This document shows positions 18,147 to 28,708 of a DNA stretch of 64,000 nucleotides, piece by piece. Each line of letters starts with the position of its first letter. Position 1 is the stretch's first letter. The DNA comes from a virus (lineage: Duplodnaviria; Caudoviricetes). The stretch lies in the IMG/VR virus record IMGVR_UViG_3300021399_000100. One strand, given 5' to 3'. The translations under genes were made by a program, and so were the position numbers. A model generated the notes under the pieces. It made no database searches. It worked only from the letters and a program-made list of their open reading frames with translations, and was not told where the DNA came from.

Positions 18147-20192
18147 ATGAAATTTGAACAAATCAAATCAGAACTGAAAAAGGAATTCATCGGAATAGAT
18201 GAACAGATTGATAATATTATCGACCTTATTCGACCATGGTATAACAATCCCGACCTGTACGATTCTCCTTGCGTAATAAACTTATGGGGCATGACTGGAC
18301 ACGGAAAGACTAGCCTAGTCAATAGAATCATCGATATGCTGGGAGAAGGTCATAACAGAATGTATATGAACTGTCATTCTATGATTGACATGGATTTATA
18401 TTTCATGGAATCTTTCGTAGAAGATACTAGAACAAATAACAATACTAACAAGTTCATTATATTCGATGATTTCCAATACGTTAGAACAATTGACGAAGAT
18501 GGTAATGAACACAGCTCGTCTGCCCTTTCCATTATGTGGAACCTGATGGATACTGGAATCATTTCTAATAATTTCTATGCCAGTCATTTCAAGATTATCA
18601 ATAATATAAGAAATGTAATGAGTACTATAGATGATCCTGAAGCTATTATTGGGGGCGTGTTCGTAGATCCGAAGAAATATATTCCTGCCAAGTATTTCAT
18701 TAATCCACTTATTAGTCCGTTTGATGTAAAATCATACATGTGCGCTTCTAAAAAGAAGACTTCGAAAAAACAGAAGGATAAAGATCCATATGCCCCTGTA
18801 GATGATATAGAATTCTTCCTGGATAAAGAAACTCTAGATACTGTATGCTATATATGCCGTCAGCTAGATTTGCCTGATTGTGAAAGCCCTATAGAGTTTA
18901 TATCTAGCAGATCGTCGTGGGATGCCTTGCAATGGAAAGATTTCTTTGATGATCTGTATGCACGAATGAAGAAAGGTAAGAACATGGATTTCCATAATTC
19001 GTTGATATTCATAATAGGTAATCTTGATGAGGCGTTCTCTGGAATTGCAAAGGATGTGAATCCCGAGATGAGTGCAGATGCTGTACATGAAATTACTAGT
19101 AAGGTGAATATCGTTGATATCAAACAAGGTCTTCAGTGCAGATTTCGTAATGAGCAGATAGCACGTTTAGGTAATACTCATATCATATATCCTTCGTTGA
19201 GTGCTGACAGCTATGTTGCTATCATTAAAAAACATCTGGACGTATATACAACAAGAATCAAGGAAAAGATGGGCATAGAGCTCATTATAGACCCTACAGT
19301 AGTTCAGTGTATATACAATGAAGGTGTATTCCCTACACAAGGAGTACGTCCATTGTTTTCCACTATAAACGATATTGTCAAGTCAAATATCCCTAAAGCT
19401 ATTGATAAGATAACCTGCATCGATAAAGTGAAGTCTATGACTTGTAGATTCGATAAAGAATGTAAGTCAATAATAATCAATGCTTTAGATCTTGAAGGAG
19501 CGTCGTTATGCGACGAGGTCAGTATTCCTGTCACCTTGAGAGTAAGAGGTGCATATAAAGACACTACAGAAAATATAGCGAACACTAGTGTACACGAAAG
19601 CGGCCATTACATATTATATAAATACTTGACTGGATGTTCCCCTATCAAAGTTGTATCTCGATCGCTTGAGCAATCCTGCCTAGGCTATATGATGGAACAG
19701 TTTGACGACGGAGTACGCTCTAAGCATAGACATCTGAATGAGATGGTTGTATGTCTGGGAGGTTATGCCGCTGAGCAGCTAGTGTTCGGTATGGATTTCC
19801 AAAGCACAGGAGCTTCTTCAGATATAGAGAATGCGACGGCTATAGCTTCCAGCATGATTAACGAATATGGCTTGAGCGACTTGCCTATCTGCAGATCAGT
19901 CGTTAGTGATGTCAATAATGAAAAGACTGTCATCTTGACAGAAGAAGATCGGCGGGCCTATAATCGAGCGGTTTCTGCTGCAATTGCAAATGCCTTCAAT
20001 AAAGCAAAAATGTTGCTAACAGATAATGCAGTTCTGCATGCGTGCTTCAAAGATGCTTTCACTCGTCTCAATGCACAAGGTGAATTAACAGATAGTGATA
20101 TCAAAGAGATATCTGCAGAAATAGAAAAAGCCGAAGGGTACGCGCCTATATCTGGTACGTATTATGCGGACAAGCTCAAAGAATTTGTATAA
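18147..20192 (+). CDS. AAA+ ATPase fused to FtsH-type peptidase M41 domain, no transmembrane segment
   Basis: Walker A GMTGHGKT, Walker B IIFDDF, Clp-D2-like FRNEQIARLG and GVRPL; HESGH zinc motif, LGGYAAE, STGASSDI. Confidence 0.8.
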   Translation: MKFEQIKSELKKEFIGIDEQIDNIIDLIRPWYNNPDLYDSPCVINLWGMTGHGKTSLVNRIIDMLGEGHNRMYMNCHSMIDMDLYFMESFVEDTRTNNNTNKFIIFDDFQYVRTIDEDGNEHSSSALSIMWNLMDTGIISNNFYASHFKIINNIRNVMSTIDDPEAIIGGVFVDPKKYIPAKYFINPLISPFDVKSYMCASKKKTSKKQKDKDPYAPVDDIEFFLDKETLDTVCYICRQLDLPDCESPIEFISSRSSWDALQWKDFFDDLYARMKKGKNMDFHNSLIFIIGNLDEAFSGIAKDVNPEMSADAVHEITSKVNIVDIKQGLQCRFRNEQIARLGNTHIIYPSLSADSYVAIIKKHLDVYTTRIKEKMGIELIIDPTVVQCIYNEGVFPTQGVRPLFSTINDIVKSNIPKAIDKITCIDKVKSMTCRFDKECKSIIINALDLEGASLCDEVSIPVTLRVRGAYKDTTENIANTSVHESGHYILYKYLTGCSPIKVVSRSLEQSCLGYMMEQFDDGVRSKHRHLNEMVVCLGGYAAEQLVFGMDFQSTGASSDIENATAIASSMINEYGLSDLPICRSVVSDVNNEKTVILTEEDRRAYNRAVSAAIANAFNKAKMLLTDNAVLHACFKDAFTRLNAQGELTDSDIKEISAEIEKAEGYAPISGTYYADKLKEFV

Positions 20193-20215
20193 TACAAATG
20201 AGATAACTGTTTTAT

Positions 20216-20250
20216 AAAGTCCTGATGTATACAGTATATCAGGACTTTTG
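20216..20250. terminator. Rho-independent terminator
   Basis: aaagtcctgat/atcaggacttt inverted repeat. Confidence 0.75.
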
Positions 20251-20270
20251 TTATGTTATAGCATCCTCAC

Positions 20271-20277
20271 GTAAATA
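20271..20277 (+). promoter_or_regulatory. Putative late promoter GTAAATA (T4 TATAAATA-like) heading the tail/baseplate operon
   Basis: Same heptamer precedes structural genes at 45590(-), 45620, 52543(-), 54328, 54345(-), 59461. Confidence 0.6.
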
Positions 20278-20309
20278 TAAATGTAAACGTATAATTATAA
20301 AAGGTTATT

Positions 20310-21317
20310 ATGGATATTGATATACTTTTCAAAGGCAAGACCTCTAATAATATTTTCTCTAAAGTAAATGACGGGTGGTATTTAGCACCATCAGATCAAG
20401 ATACTTTCAAATATGTTCTATTAAACATCAAGCAAGAATGTCCTGATGGTTTAAATGGCGTCATTATCAAAGTGAGAAACTTTAAGTATAATGATGCTAT
20501 ACAATTATGGGCAAGTGTCAATATTGATAAAATCATAGCAGCGCTTAATCCTGGAGGTGACAACATTACAAATTGGCTTTCTGATAAATTAGATACTGTA
20601 GGTAATGATTCTACTAATGTCATAGAAGCTACTAAAAACATGGGAGCATGGGTAGATGACATCGATATGTCATTAGTCATCGACGGATGGAAAGACCATA
20701 AAGTGACGTCTAAAGATGATTATAAAACAATACTCCACGTTATTCAACTAGGCCTCGCTGACAATAATATACTGAGTACAGCAGATGCTATGGAGATTGT
20801 CAAGCAATACAATAAGCTATCAAATTCTATAACATGCGCATTTTCTACGGCATCAGCACAAGGTATCATAGACATAGCAAAAGAGAATTTCGATTGCAGT
20901 GTTCATGTTATAATGGACACTAATGACATCGAAGATTTATCCGTTACATGCATTCCAAAGGAAGCTAGAGAAACTTTGTGGAAGATTCTTGTCAAGAACA
21001 GAGGGAAGATCAAAACAATATCATTCAATATAGACACAAATAGTAATGATATTGAAATATTCGAACTAGAAAGATATGACGACACTAAAGGATTGTTATA
21101 TTTGGAAGGTGTTATTATATACGACTGTGAGATAGAAAACGCTGAACTGATAGATTGTATTATGTACAAATCTAAGTTTACACATTGTACCTTTAAGAAG
21201 TGCAAGACTCTTGGAGTACGAGTTAGACTTAAAGATTGTAAAGATTACAAGGACGAACTAGAGGGTCAGTATAATATTATTAAAGACGATAACGATAATA
21301 ACGAACAAAGCGAATAA
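20310..21317 (+). CDS. hypothetical late protein with C-terminal beta-helix-like repeats
   Basis: 335 aa ORF; DCEIENAELIDCIMYKSKFTHCTFKKC pentapeptide-like pattern. Confidence 0.6.
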   Translation: MDIDILFKGKTSNNIFSKVNDGWYLAPSDQDTFKYVLLNIKQECPDGLNGVIIKVRNFKYNDAIQLWASVNIDKIIAALNPGGDNITNWLSDKLDTVGNDSTNVIEATKNMGAWVDDIDMSLVIDGWKDHKVTSKDDYKTILHVIQLGLADNNILSTADAMEIVKQYNKLSNSITCAFSTASAQGIIDIAKENFDCSVHVIMDTNDIEDLSVTCIPKEARETLWKILVKNRGKIKTISFNIDTNSNDIEIFELERYDDTKGLLYLEGVIIYDCEIENAELIDCIMYKSKFTHCTFKKCKTLGVRVRLKDCKDYKDELEGQYNIIKDDNDNNEQSE

Positions 21318-21319
21318 TA

Positions 21320-22153
21320 ATGTATACGAATAGAGATGTTGTACTCAGGTGCATAATAGCAGCATATATCAAAGAGCTTTCAGATAGGTTGTCTTTCTTT
21401 AATGTGTATTCAGAGACTAATATCGAAAGAGTCAAAGTTCCTGTCTTTTACGGACAGATGGGCCAAGAGCTTCCATACATAGAAGACTATTTTGACCAGT
21501 CTGAAGGCACTTGTGCAGATGGAGCTCAAATTATGCCTGTACCTAGAGGCATGCTTACTGTAGATGCTATATCAGTCAACCAGGCAGAGGAAACAGGATG
21601 GGCACAGGTTGAGTTCCCTGTCTCTCTGGATGGTAATGTTATATCTGTGAGATCCAATTGCAAGATGGTGCCAATTAAAATGAGTTCTAAGGTTAATATT
21701 ATATGCAGTAATCATATAGAGCTGTTGAAAGTTATAGAAAGTGCTCTAGCACGTATATGGGTCAGATCTAATATGTTCAAGGTAAACTGTATGGGATTTC
21801 CTATAGAGGCGACATTTGCACCAGACAGCTCATATAATAGAAAGTTCCCTATAGACATGTCTAAAGATACAACAGATAGAGAGTATTCTTTAGAATTGGA
21901 CCTTGAATTGGCCTCAGTTGTGCCTGTATTTGAATATGGCATTTCGTTATCTGAAGTGTATTATCAATTGTCAATGCTTCTCAAAGATGAAGACCGTGCA
22001 AAAAAATTATTCGAGCATCCCGTGCTGACTCTAACTAGAACTAGCGACGGTACTCTAGGATATGAGTGTTGTGGCATGATAGAGAAATTCATAGTAAATC
22101 TTTATGAAAGCGATGAACTGCTGAAACAATATAATATTCCTAATAAACAATGA
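21320..22153 (+). CDS. Tail completion/sheath stabiliser protein (T4 gp15-like)
   Basis: IERVKVPVFYG...VPRG...VPIKM...LKVIE pattern; position before baseplate wedge genes. Confidence 0.55.
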   Translation: MYTNRDVVLRCIIAAYIKELSDRLSFFNVYSETNIERVKVPVFYGQMGQELPYIEDYFDQSEGTCADGAQIMPVPRGMLTVDAISVNQAEETGWAQVEFPVSLDGNVISVRSNCKMVPIKMSSKVNIICSNHIELLKVIESALARIWVRSNMFKVNCMGFPIEATFAPDSSYNRKFPIDMSKDTTDREYSLELDLELASVVPVFEYGISLSEVYYQLSMLLKDEDRAKKLFEHPVLTLTRTSDGTLGYECCGMIEKFIVNLYESDELLKQYNIPNKQ

Positions 22154-23781
22154 GTATAATAAGTACGACGAGCCAAGGTATATTCTACACGGCTCTTAAT
22201 TACCTTAAACGTAAATTCAATACTAAGGGCGAAAAGTTCTCAGAAGCATCGCCATTCTATATGCTCATATCTGCTCTGTCATCAGTAGCAGGACAATTGT
22301 TTCAATATTTACATAGAGCGGAAGCTGAGAAGAATATAGACACTGCAGAATACAAACATTCTATATTTGGATTAGCACGCCTTGCTGGTTATGAACCTTT
22401 CAGAGGAAGATCTGCTAGAGGTGCTATAAGGCTATCATCATCGCAACATATAGTGATCAAGCCAGGAACTAGAGTCAAAGTTGGTGGGGCTATGTTTTTT
22501 GTAGACGGCAGGGATAATGTATTGTATATAAGCAAGAACAGCAATCCTGTAGATATTGATATAGTTCAGGGTGTTCAGAAATCATATTCATTTACATCAG
22601 ATGGTACTAAGTTTCAATCATTTACACCTGTTTGTAACATGACTGATAATGAATTAGTTGAAGTGCGTGTGAATGGCGAATTATATAACCGCAAAGCATC
22701 AATATACGATATGGGTCCAGATAGCCATGATTATATATTGAGAACATCTATATCGCATGGTCTGACTGTTGTTTTCGGTGATGGCCGTCGAGGCCGGCAA
22801 TTAGCTAGTGGCGAAACTGTGACTATATCTGTTGTAGAAACAGACGGAGCATCAGGAAATGGAAACGCTGCTTCTGCTATAGAATGGGTAGATTCTGCTT
22901 ATGATATAGACGGGTATGCTATTGATATTAATGAGAATACGTCTTTTGTATTAACAGTACCGCCTGCCGGTGGTGTAGACTATGAGGATATAGAGAGTGT
23001 CAGGTATAGTGCTACAAGATGTTCCTCACAGCATGTCCTTGCTACCAAAGATCATTTCAGATCATATCTATCACTATTTTCTCAATATAGGATATATGAT
23101 ATCATATCTCCTGATGATATGAATTCTGATAGTGGTACGGTATTCATCAAAGCCTCTATGAATATGGCAAAAATATGCGAAGGCGACCCTATGAAAGTGT
23201 TCACATTGCATGACAATGATTATTTGATACCGACGCATATGGGTACCAATGAATTAGAACGTATATTAGAAGATAGCGGCAAACTGCTGATAGGAACAAA
23301 TACTAGAGTTATAGAACCCATTATAAGACACTATGTGATTAATATAGGTGTTCGTGTAAAGCAGGGATACAATAAGATACAGATAAAGACAGATGTACAG
23401 AAAGCCGTTGCTAATTTTATTGTAAATAATTCAAGGACAGATATCATTCCATGTAGTGATATAGTGGTTGCAGCAGATAGCGTAGAAGGCGTTGATACAG
23501 TTACAGTATCTTTAGTATCTGAATACAATGAAACGGCCCATATCAAAAAGTATTATTATAAAGAATGGGTTGAATGGAGTGACGCAGACACTAAATTTGA
23601 AACCAAACGTATAAAATGTGCACTAGCTGAAGATGAAGAGCTTGGCATAAACAACGGAGATATCGTTATAGAGCCTTCCGAACTTTGGGTACTTCAAGGA
23701 GGATTCAAAGATAGATTCAATCAGTACTATGCTAATGGATTGAACGATGGCCTGGGATGTCTAAATGTCCTATTTATATAA
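22150..23781 (+). CDS. Baseplate wedge subunit (T4 gp6-like)
   Basis: E.NIDTA...SIFGLARLAGYEP.R..SA.G, FGDG..G, ETDGASGN, GG.D.E.IESVR motifs. Confidence 0.8.
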   Translation: MSIISTTSQGIFYTALNYLKRKFNTKGEKFSEASPFYMLISALSSVAGQLFQYLHRAEAEKNIDTAEYKHSIFGLARLAGYEPFRGRSARGAIRLSSSQHIVIKPGTRVKVGGAMFFVDGRDNVLYISKNSNPVDIDIVQGVQKSYSFTSDGTKFQSFTPVCNMTDNELVEVRVNGELYNRKASIYDMGPDSHDYILRTSISHGLTVVFGDGRRGRQLASGETVTISVVETDGASGNGNAASAIEWVDSAYDIDGYAIDINENTSFVLTVPPAGGVDYEDIESVRYSATRCSSQHVLATKDHFRSYLSLFSQYRIYDIISPDDMNSDSGTVFIKASMNMAKICEGDPMKVFTLHDNDYLIPTHMGTNELERILEDSGKLLIGTNTRVIEPIIRHYVINIGVRVKQGYNKIQIKTDVQKAVANFIVNNSRTDIIPCSDIVVAADSVEGVDTVTVSLVSEYNETAHIKKYYYKEWVEWSDADTKFETKRIKCALAEDEELGINNGDIVIEPSELWVLQGGFKDRFNQYYANGLNDGLGCLNVLFI

Positions 23782-23797
23782 CTATGTTATTTACAAT

Positions 23798-24067
23798 ATG
23801 TTACTGAGAGGTTACAAAACATCATTTGAGAGCAGAGCTGACTTTTTGAAATCTTTCAATAAAGTAGCCACTCGTGATGGACGCAAAGATATGAATAAAA
23901 AATGGAACATGTTACCTCACATGGTTCCTCAGATTCTATATAGCAACTCTATGCTAGCTGATCTCTTGCATATATTGAACGGAGTGTGCAAGAACATGCT
24001 AGAATGCGTCCGTTCTGTCAGAACCAATTATGACTTCTTAGTAGGTAATAATAATATCGACGATTAA
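23798..24067 (+). CDS. hypothetical baseplate-region protein
   Basis: Short ORF between gp6-like and large wedge gene. Confidence 0.55.
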   Translation: MLLRGYKTSFESRADFLKSFNKVATRDGRKDMNKKWNMLPHMVPQILYSNSMLADLLHILNGVCKNMLECVRSVRTNYDFLVGNNNIDD

Positions 24068-24072
24068 CATTT

Positions 24073-27000
24073 ATGAAGATCCTTTATAATAATAACGAGT
24101 ATGAATGTGGGCCAGGCAATGCAGCTGTGTTTACAGTAGATCTTGGGTCTACTTCTGTTGGTATCCCTGTTGCCAAACGTTTGTGGATCACAAATACTAC
24201 ATCATATGCACGCAAGCATATATTATGTAGTTGGGAAAATGATGGCAGTGAGAATATCATCTTGGCAAAGCTTATAGATGATGATTGCTGGCACGAACAC
24301 GCAGAAGAACCCATACATGGTACTCGTATTATTGAACTGATGTGCAGCGATACTGACTCCATAGATGTTGCTACAGATCTGTATATCTCACCTACTGATA
24401 GCGAAGCATCGTCATTTCAAGTCATCAATGCTATGATGACCACGTCTATAGACGATATTGGAACAACACATCAGAGAACTCTGATGATATACGTAGAGGA
24501 TTCTAATGAAGTACTCGCCAAAATAACATTTATAGGTGAAACGATAAGTGAGGATATGGATATAGCCTCAATGGCAGAATTACAAGGCCTCCATATTGCT
24601 CCAGAAGATTCCTATGTGTTTTATGAAGCAGACCCAAAAGAACCCGTGTTCTCTTCTGAGTTACTGAACAGGAAACGCAAAGAGTATCTAATGTGTATAG
24701 ACAGGTTGAAAGACACTATAGGAACTAGATCCGGTATATTGGATGTTATCAAGTATTTTGGATACGATGATATGTATATTGGTACCTTATGGAAAGTTAC
24801 TAATACAGACAGTCCATATTATAAAGGGTATAATATCAGATATACAGATCATTCTGGGAAATCTAATACATTAGATGACCACGATGTTCATTATAAGCAG
24901 ATCAATAGAACCATATTAGTCTATAAGATTGTCAAGACATTGGATCTTCCATTTGACAAACTGCCATATACTGCAGCAGTTAATTCATATGGTGTAGATG
25001 GAAATAGTGTCAAGCTGGCTAGATTGAGAGAGGTTATGAATGAACAATTCATGCCAGCAGCAATACCTGTCAGGGAGATATTAGGTGAGTGTGATGTATA
25101 TTATGCTGTAAAGACCATTAACAAAGCATGTGACAATTTGACTGAGTTTAATTATACTGAGCATAACATAAGATTGTCTATAGCTAAGGAAGATGTATTT
25201 GAATTCAGAAAAAGTCGTTACTATGCTTTGGCTGCTAGAATTTTTGCAGACAGCTTCATAGAAAAAGTTTCACGAGCAGAAAAAGATTGCCTGCCTCATA
25301 CATATAAAGGATGCTTGCTGCAGAGACTGAAAAGGATCCATACTATATATCAGTTCTTGAGATCTAAGAAAGAAGTAGCTAAGCCTGATGTAGTCATTGT
25401 TCGAGGAGATAGCGCAGGCAGTGTGCCATCTATAACCATACCATATTTCGTATATCAATTAGTCACTCCTAAAGAAGATGGAGTCTCTAATTTCGTTGCA
25501 GATACATATAGCGGTATCCATAGTGAGGCTATCACTATTATGACGTATATATATGAGTCATTAGAGTACCTGACAGATAAGCTACATGATGATGCTATAG
25601 AGTATCCTGATTATTTATGGGCAGTATGGCAAGAAACTGTTGAAAATATATCACTTCCAGAACTCAGACCTTCTGATGATAGATATGACCTTACTGTATT
25701 GAATGATGAACGGCAGTCCGAAGAATTGTGTGACGGTGAGTTTGTAGACAGATATTGTGGGTGTGTGACTGTATCATTGTCTAGTCAAGATGCCTTTCAT
25801 TATAGATGGAACGATATCCATTCGTGGTGGGATCATACTGCAAGGTATAATATCGATGGCACGTTTAGGGATGGGATGACGTGGGTGAACCATGCAAGCA
25901 TAACTAAAATAATATGGGCTATATCTCTTCACGACGATCCATCTATCAAGTATTCTTATACTTGTGAGAGAGGTAATGTTAATGAAAGTATCCCTCATGA
26001 CACTGAGAATGGGCCAGATTACGATATATACGGAGTTCCTGTAGCGGCAACTGTATATGTATATCACACAGGAGTATATGACGTAGAAGCCATTATATAT
26101 GACAATTTTGGTCATGCAGATAGACTCTTTAGAGAGAATGCTATCACTGTTCATGCTAGCAAATGCTATTTGACAGGAATAGCCCAGAATGTAGTAAGAG
26201 AGGTAGATACTCCCGTTGAGGATACTATAGATAACGAGAGAGGTGAATCCTTCATCAATAAGTTCTGTAACTCGTATCTATACGGACCTATGCGATATAA
26301 TAGGACGTTTGACAATGCTAACGGCCTTCTTTTCAAGCTCCCTTATTTTCCTAAAATAGTGACAGAGCGTTCTGATTATTATCTATATCCGTTTACAATA
26401 CATAATGCTGTAGAGGCATCAGAGAGATATAAATATTCAGATGAAAAGCGTCCAATAGAAACTTCGCCTTTCACTTTACCAAATATTATACCTTCGCAAC
26501 CTACAGCATTGATCCTTCCTCTCCGTAGTGAAAGAATCATAGACAATCCAGATGATGAGGTTGATAGAAGGCTTGCAGCATCTGTGTATGATAAACCTAA
26601 AATAAATATAGACAAGATTCCATTATGGAATACTGGTCACTATTATGGCGAAGGTGACTCGCATGTTCCTGATATAAGTCTAGTAGCTGTTAAAGGGACC
26701 AATATATATAAGTATAAGCTAGCAGCATCCTCGCATGGAATGTCTTATGATACTGATAGAATCATAGCGGATTTAGAGACCCTGCCTTTCTTTAGTAATT
26801 ATAAGTGGCAGGTAACGTTCATGCCAAATAATCCATCTGCACCTGTTCTTATGGGAGTGGCTAAGGATATAACAGCAGATACTGACATAGATGATATATA
26901 TTTCGCTCCTACTCCGTATACGGAATATGTTGACGTAATGAAAGAGCAGTCTCCTATAAATTACGATATTGCTTTCGTTCCAGATACATATAATTTCGAA

Positions 27001-27594
27001 CTACGAAAAAGCGGAGATCCTTCACAGTCTGCAACCTATAATAACACAACGTATCCTGCAGTTATAGAGTTCATTAAGAATAAATATACTGCTGGTGATT
27101 CTGCTATGTGGTATATTCATAGGGTAGAGAAAGTAGCAAGTCGCAGAGAGAACACCGTTCCAAAGATTCAAGGTATGATTTATAACGCCTTCATAGGCAT
27201 GCCTCATTTTGGAACCTGGAATTTTATAGCAGGAGGTTATGCAAAGCTCAAGAAATTCTCATGGGCAGTCATTTCTATAGATAACAATAACATTCCAGGA
27301 AAACATGATATTGTGTGGGATATTGAATTTAGAAATGTGCTAAGGGATCCTTCTTCCAAGTCATCACCTGTTGATATAACATGGACTTCGGTACTGTCTG
27401 ACGCTTCGTTTGAAATGATAAATCAGATATCAAGAGAGGATTACGCTAAAGGTATATATAACAAGATGAATTTCCCATCAGCATACATACCATACATGTT
27501 TACTAAAATAGGCCAATATAGAGTGTCTTGCACGTTCAAGGATGTGAATGGGGACAAATATCAGACACATCCTGTTGTGATAGATATTGAGTAG
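24073..27594 (+). CDS. Large baseplate protein (gp7-like wedge), with PKD/Ig-like segments
   Basis: 1173 aa; IGTRSGILDVIKYFGY wedge motif; TGVYDVEAIIYD and IGQYRVSCTFKD PKD-like motifs; follows gp6-like gene. Confidence 0.55.
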   Translation: MKILYNNNEYECGPGNAAVFTVDLGSTSVGIPVAKRLWITNTTSYARKHILCSWENDGSENIILAKLIDDDCWHEHAEEPIHGTRIIELMCSDTDSIDVATDLYISPTDSEASSFQVINAMMTTSIDDIGTTHQRTLMIYVEDSNEVLAKITFIGETISEDMDIASMAELQGLHIAPEDSYVFYEADPKEPVFSSELLNRKRKEYLMCIDRLKDTIGTRSGILDVIKYFGYDDMYIGTLWKVTNTDSPYYKGYNIRYTDHSGKSNTLDDHDVHYKQINRTILVYKIVKTLDLPFDKLPYTAAVNSYGVDGNSVKLARLREVMNEQFMPAAIPVREILGECDVYYAVKTINKACDNLTEFNYTEHNIRLSIAKEDVFEFRKSRYYALAARIFADSFIEKVSRAEKDCLPHTYKGCLLQRLKRIHTIYQFLRSKKEVAKPDVVIVRGDSAGSVPSITIPYFVYQLVTPKEDGVSNFVADTYSGIHSEAITIMTYIYESLEYLTDKLHDDAIEYPDYLWAVWQETVENISLPELRPSDDRYDLTVLNDERQSEELCDGEFVDRYCGCVTVSLSSQDAFHYRWNDIHSWWDHTARYNIDGTFRDGMTWVNHASITKIIWAISLHDDPSIKYSYTCERGNVNESIPHDTENGPDYDIYGVPVAATVYVYHTGVYDVEAIIYDNFGHADRLFRENAITVHASKCYLTGIAQNVVREVDTPVEDTIDNERGESFINKFCNSYLYGPMRYNRTFDNANGLLFKLPYFPKIVTERSDYYLYPFTIHNAVEASERYKYSDEKRPIETSPFTLPNIIPSQPTALILPLRSERIIDNPDDEVDRRLAASVYDKPKINIDKIPLWNTGHYYGEGDSHVPDISLVAVKGTNIYKYKLAASSHGMSYDTDRIIADLETLPFFSNYKWQVTFMPNNPSAPVLMGVAKDITADTDIDDIYFAPTPYTEYVDVMKEQSPINYDIAFVPDTYNFELRKSGDPSQSATYNNTTYPAVIEFIKNKYTAGDSAMWYIHRVEKVASRRENTVPKIQGMIYNAFIGMPHFGTWNFIAGGYAKLKKFSWAVISIDNNNIPGKHDIVWDIEFRNVLRDPSSKSSPVDITWTSVLSDASFEMINQISREDYAKGIYNKMNFPSAYIPYMFTKIGQYRVSCTFKDVNGDKYQTHPVVIDIE

Positions 27595-27597
27595 TGT

Positions 27598-27631
27598 AAT
27601 GCTCTGATAGATGATTTTCTATCAGAGCATT
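27598..27631. terminator. Terminator between convergent genes
   Basis: aatgctctgataga/tctatcagagcatt inverted repeat. Confidence 0.75.
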
Positions 27632-27635
27632 CGTT

Positions 27636-27866
27636 TTAACTTCCATTACGCAATGAAGCTAATGCGCGAGCGACGTTTATCAGGCAGGCTATTGCTGCGA
27701 ATACTATTAATATCAATGTTATAGCCATCGCGAATATAAACGGCGACCATAATATGATGAGGGTAGTTAACCAACTAATATTTATAATCCCGAATAATTT
27801 CAGTACGAATATAGTTATCACTAGAATAACAAAGCATTTGCCTATAAAATTATTATCTTCATTCAT
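27636..27866 (-). CDS. small membrane protein
   Basis: FVLKLFGIINISW...WSP hydrophobic pattern typical of small phage membrane proteins. Confidence 0.65.
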   Translation of the reverse strand: MNEDNNFIGKCFVILVITIFVLKLFGIINISWLTTLIILWSPFIFAMAITLILIVFAAIACLINVARALASLRNGS

Positions 27867-27905
27867 AGAATCAATATATAGCAATATGTGTTTGGTGTTT
27901 ATTAA

Positions 27906-28244
27906 TTATGCATCATCCTCATTATCACTGCTTTGCTTCAAGTACAAGTCATATTTAAGTCCTAATGCATTTATTTTCAAGTAATTCTTCAGTACACTCT
28001 TTCCTTTAAAATTTGGAGTATCGGGTACTTTCAGTAGGGTGAATTTTAACTCACCGTTTATATTCTCGATAGTCATGTCTTTAGAGCAGACTAAACTGGT
28101 CAAGTTTTCATCTAGGTCGCTGAAAGCCCATGCAGAAGCCTTAGAAGCAAAAGGCTCTCCTTTAATACATGCGCCTTCTGGTATTCCTAGAGCATTTTTT
28201 GCTTTAGGATCCGCTTTCCACTGGTATACATAATAAGTCTTCAT
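27906..28244 (-). CDS. hypothetical protein
   Basis: 112 aa ORF in early - strand unit. Confidence 0.65.
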   Translation of the reverse strand: MKTYYVYQWKADPKAKNALGIPEGACIKGEPFASKASAWAFSDLDENLTSLVCSKDMTIENINGELKFTLLKVPDTPNFKGKSVLKNYLKINALGLKYDLYLKQSSDNEDDA

Positions 28245-28245
28245 T

Positions 28246-28491
28246 TTATTTTTTCATTCTTTCTATGAGGTCTTTATATACTTCATAACATTGTGCAGGC
28301 ATTGTTACTAATTCATGCGCTGTTTCTTTAGTCTCATCAAAGCGCATACTGTTATACTGCATAAAATCTGTGAGATTATACAGAAATGCACCTACGAGCC
28401 TAGATAATATTACTAAGCCGAATATACAAAACAATGTCATTATGAATGGCATTGTGATTATCACTTTGAATATTAACTTTACGTTCTTCAT
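28246..28491 (-). CDS. small membrane protein
   Basis: N-terminal hydrophobic helix; early promoter at 28523-28554(-). Confidence 0.6.
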   Translation of the reverse strand: MKNVKLIFKVIITMPFIMTLFCIFGLVILSRLVGAFLYNLTDFMQYNSMRFDETKETAHELVTMPAQCYEVYKDLIERMKK

Positions 28492-28708
28492 ATTATTTAA
28501 TGTTTTATTGTTATTCTTTGATATAAAATTACTAATTTTTCGAATTATACCAAAGAAAATAACGAAAAATATAAGAATCTTGAATTATTCCCTATTCAAG
28601 ACATATATATTATATTTACGTCACAACAGATACAACTGCAGAGAATGCGTTGATTATATTCATAGGCAGAGTTAAATATAGATAGATAATCAAATAGAAT
28701 AGAAAATA

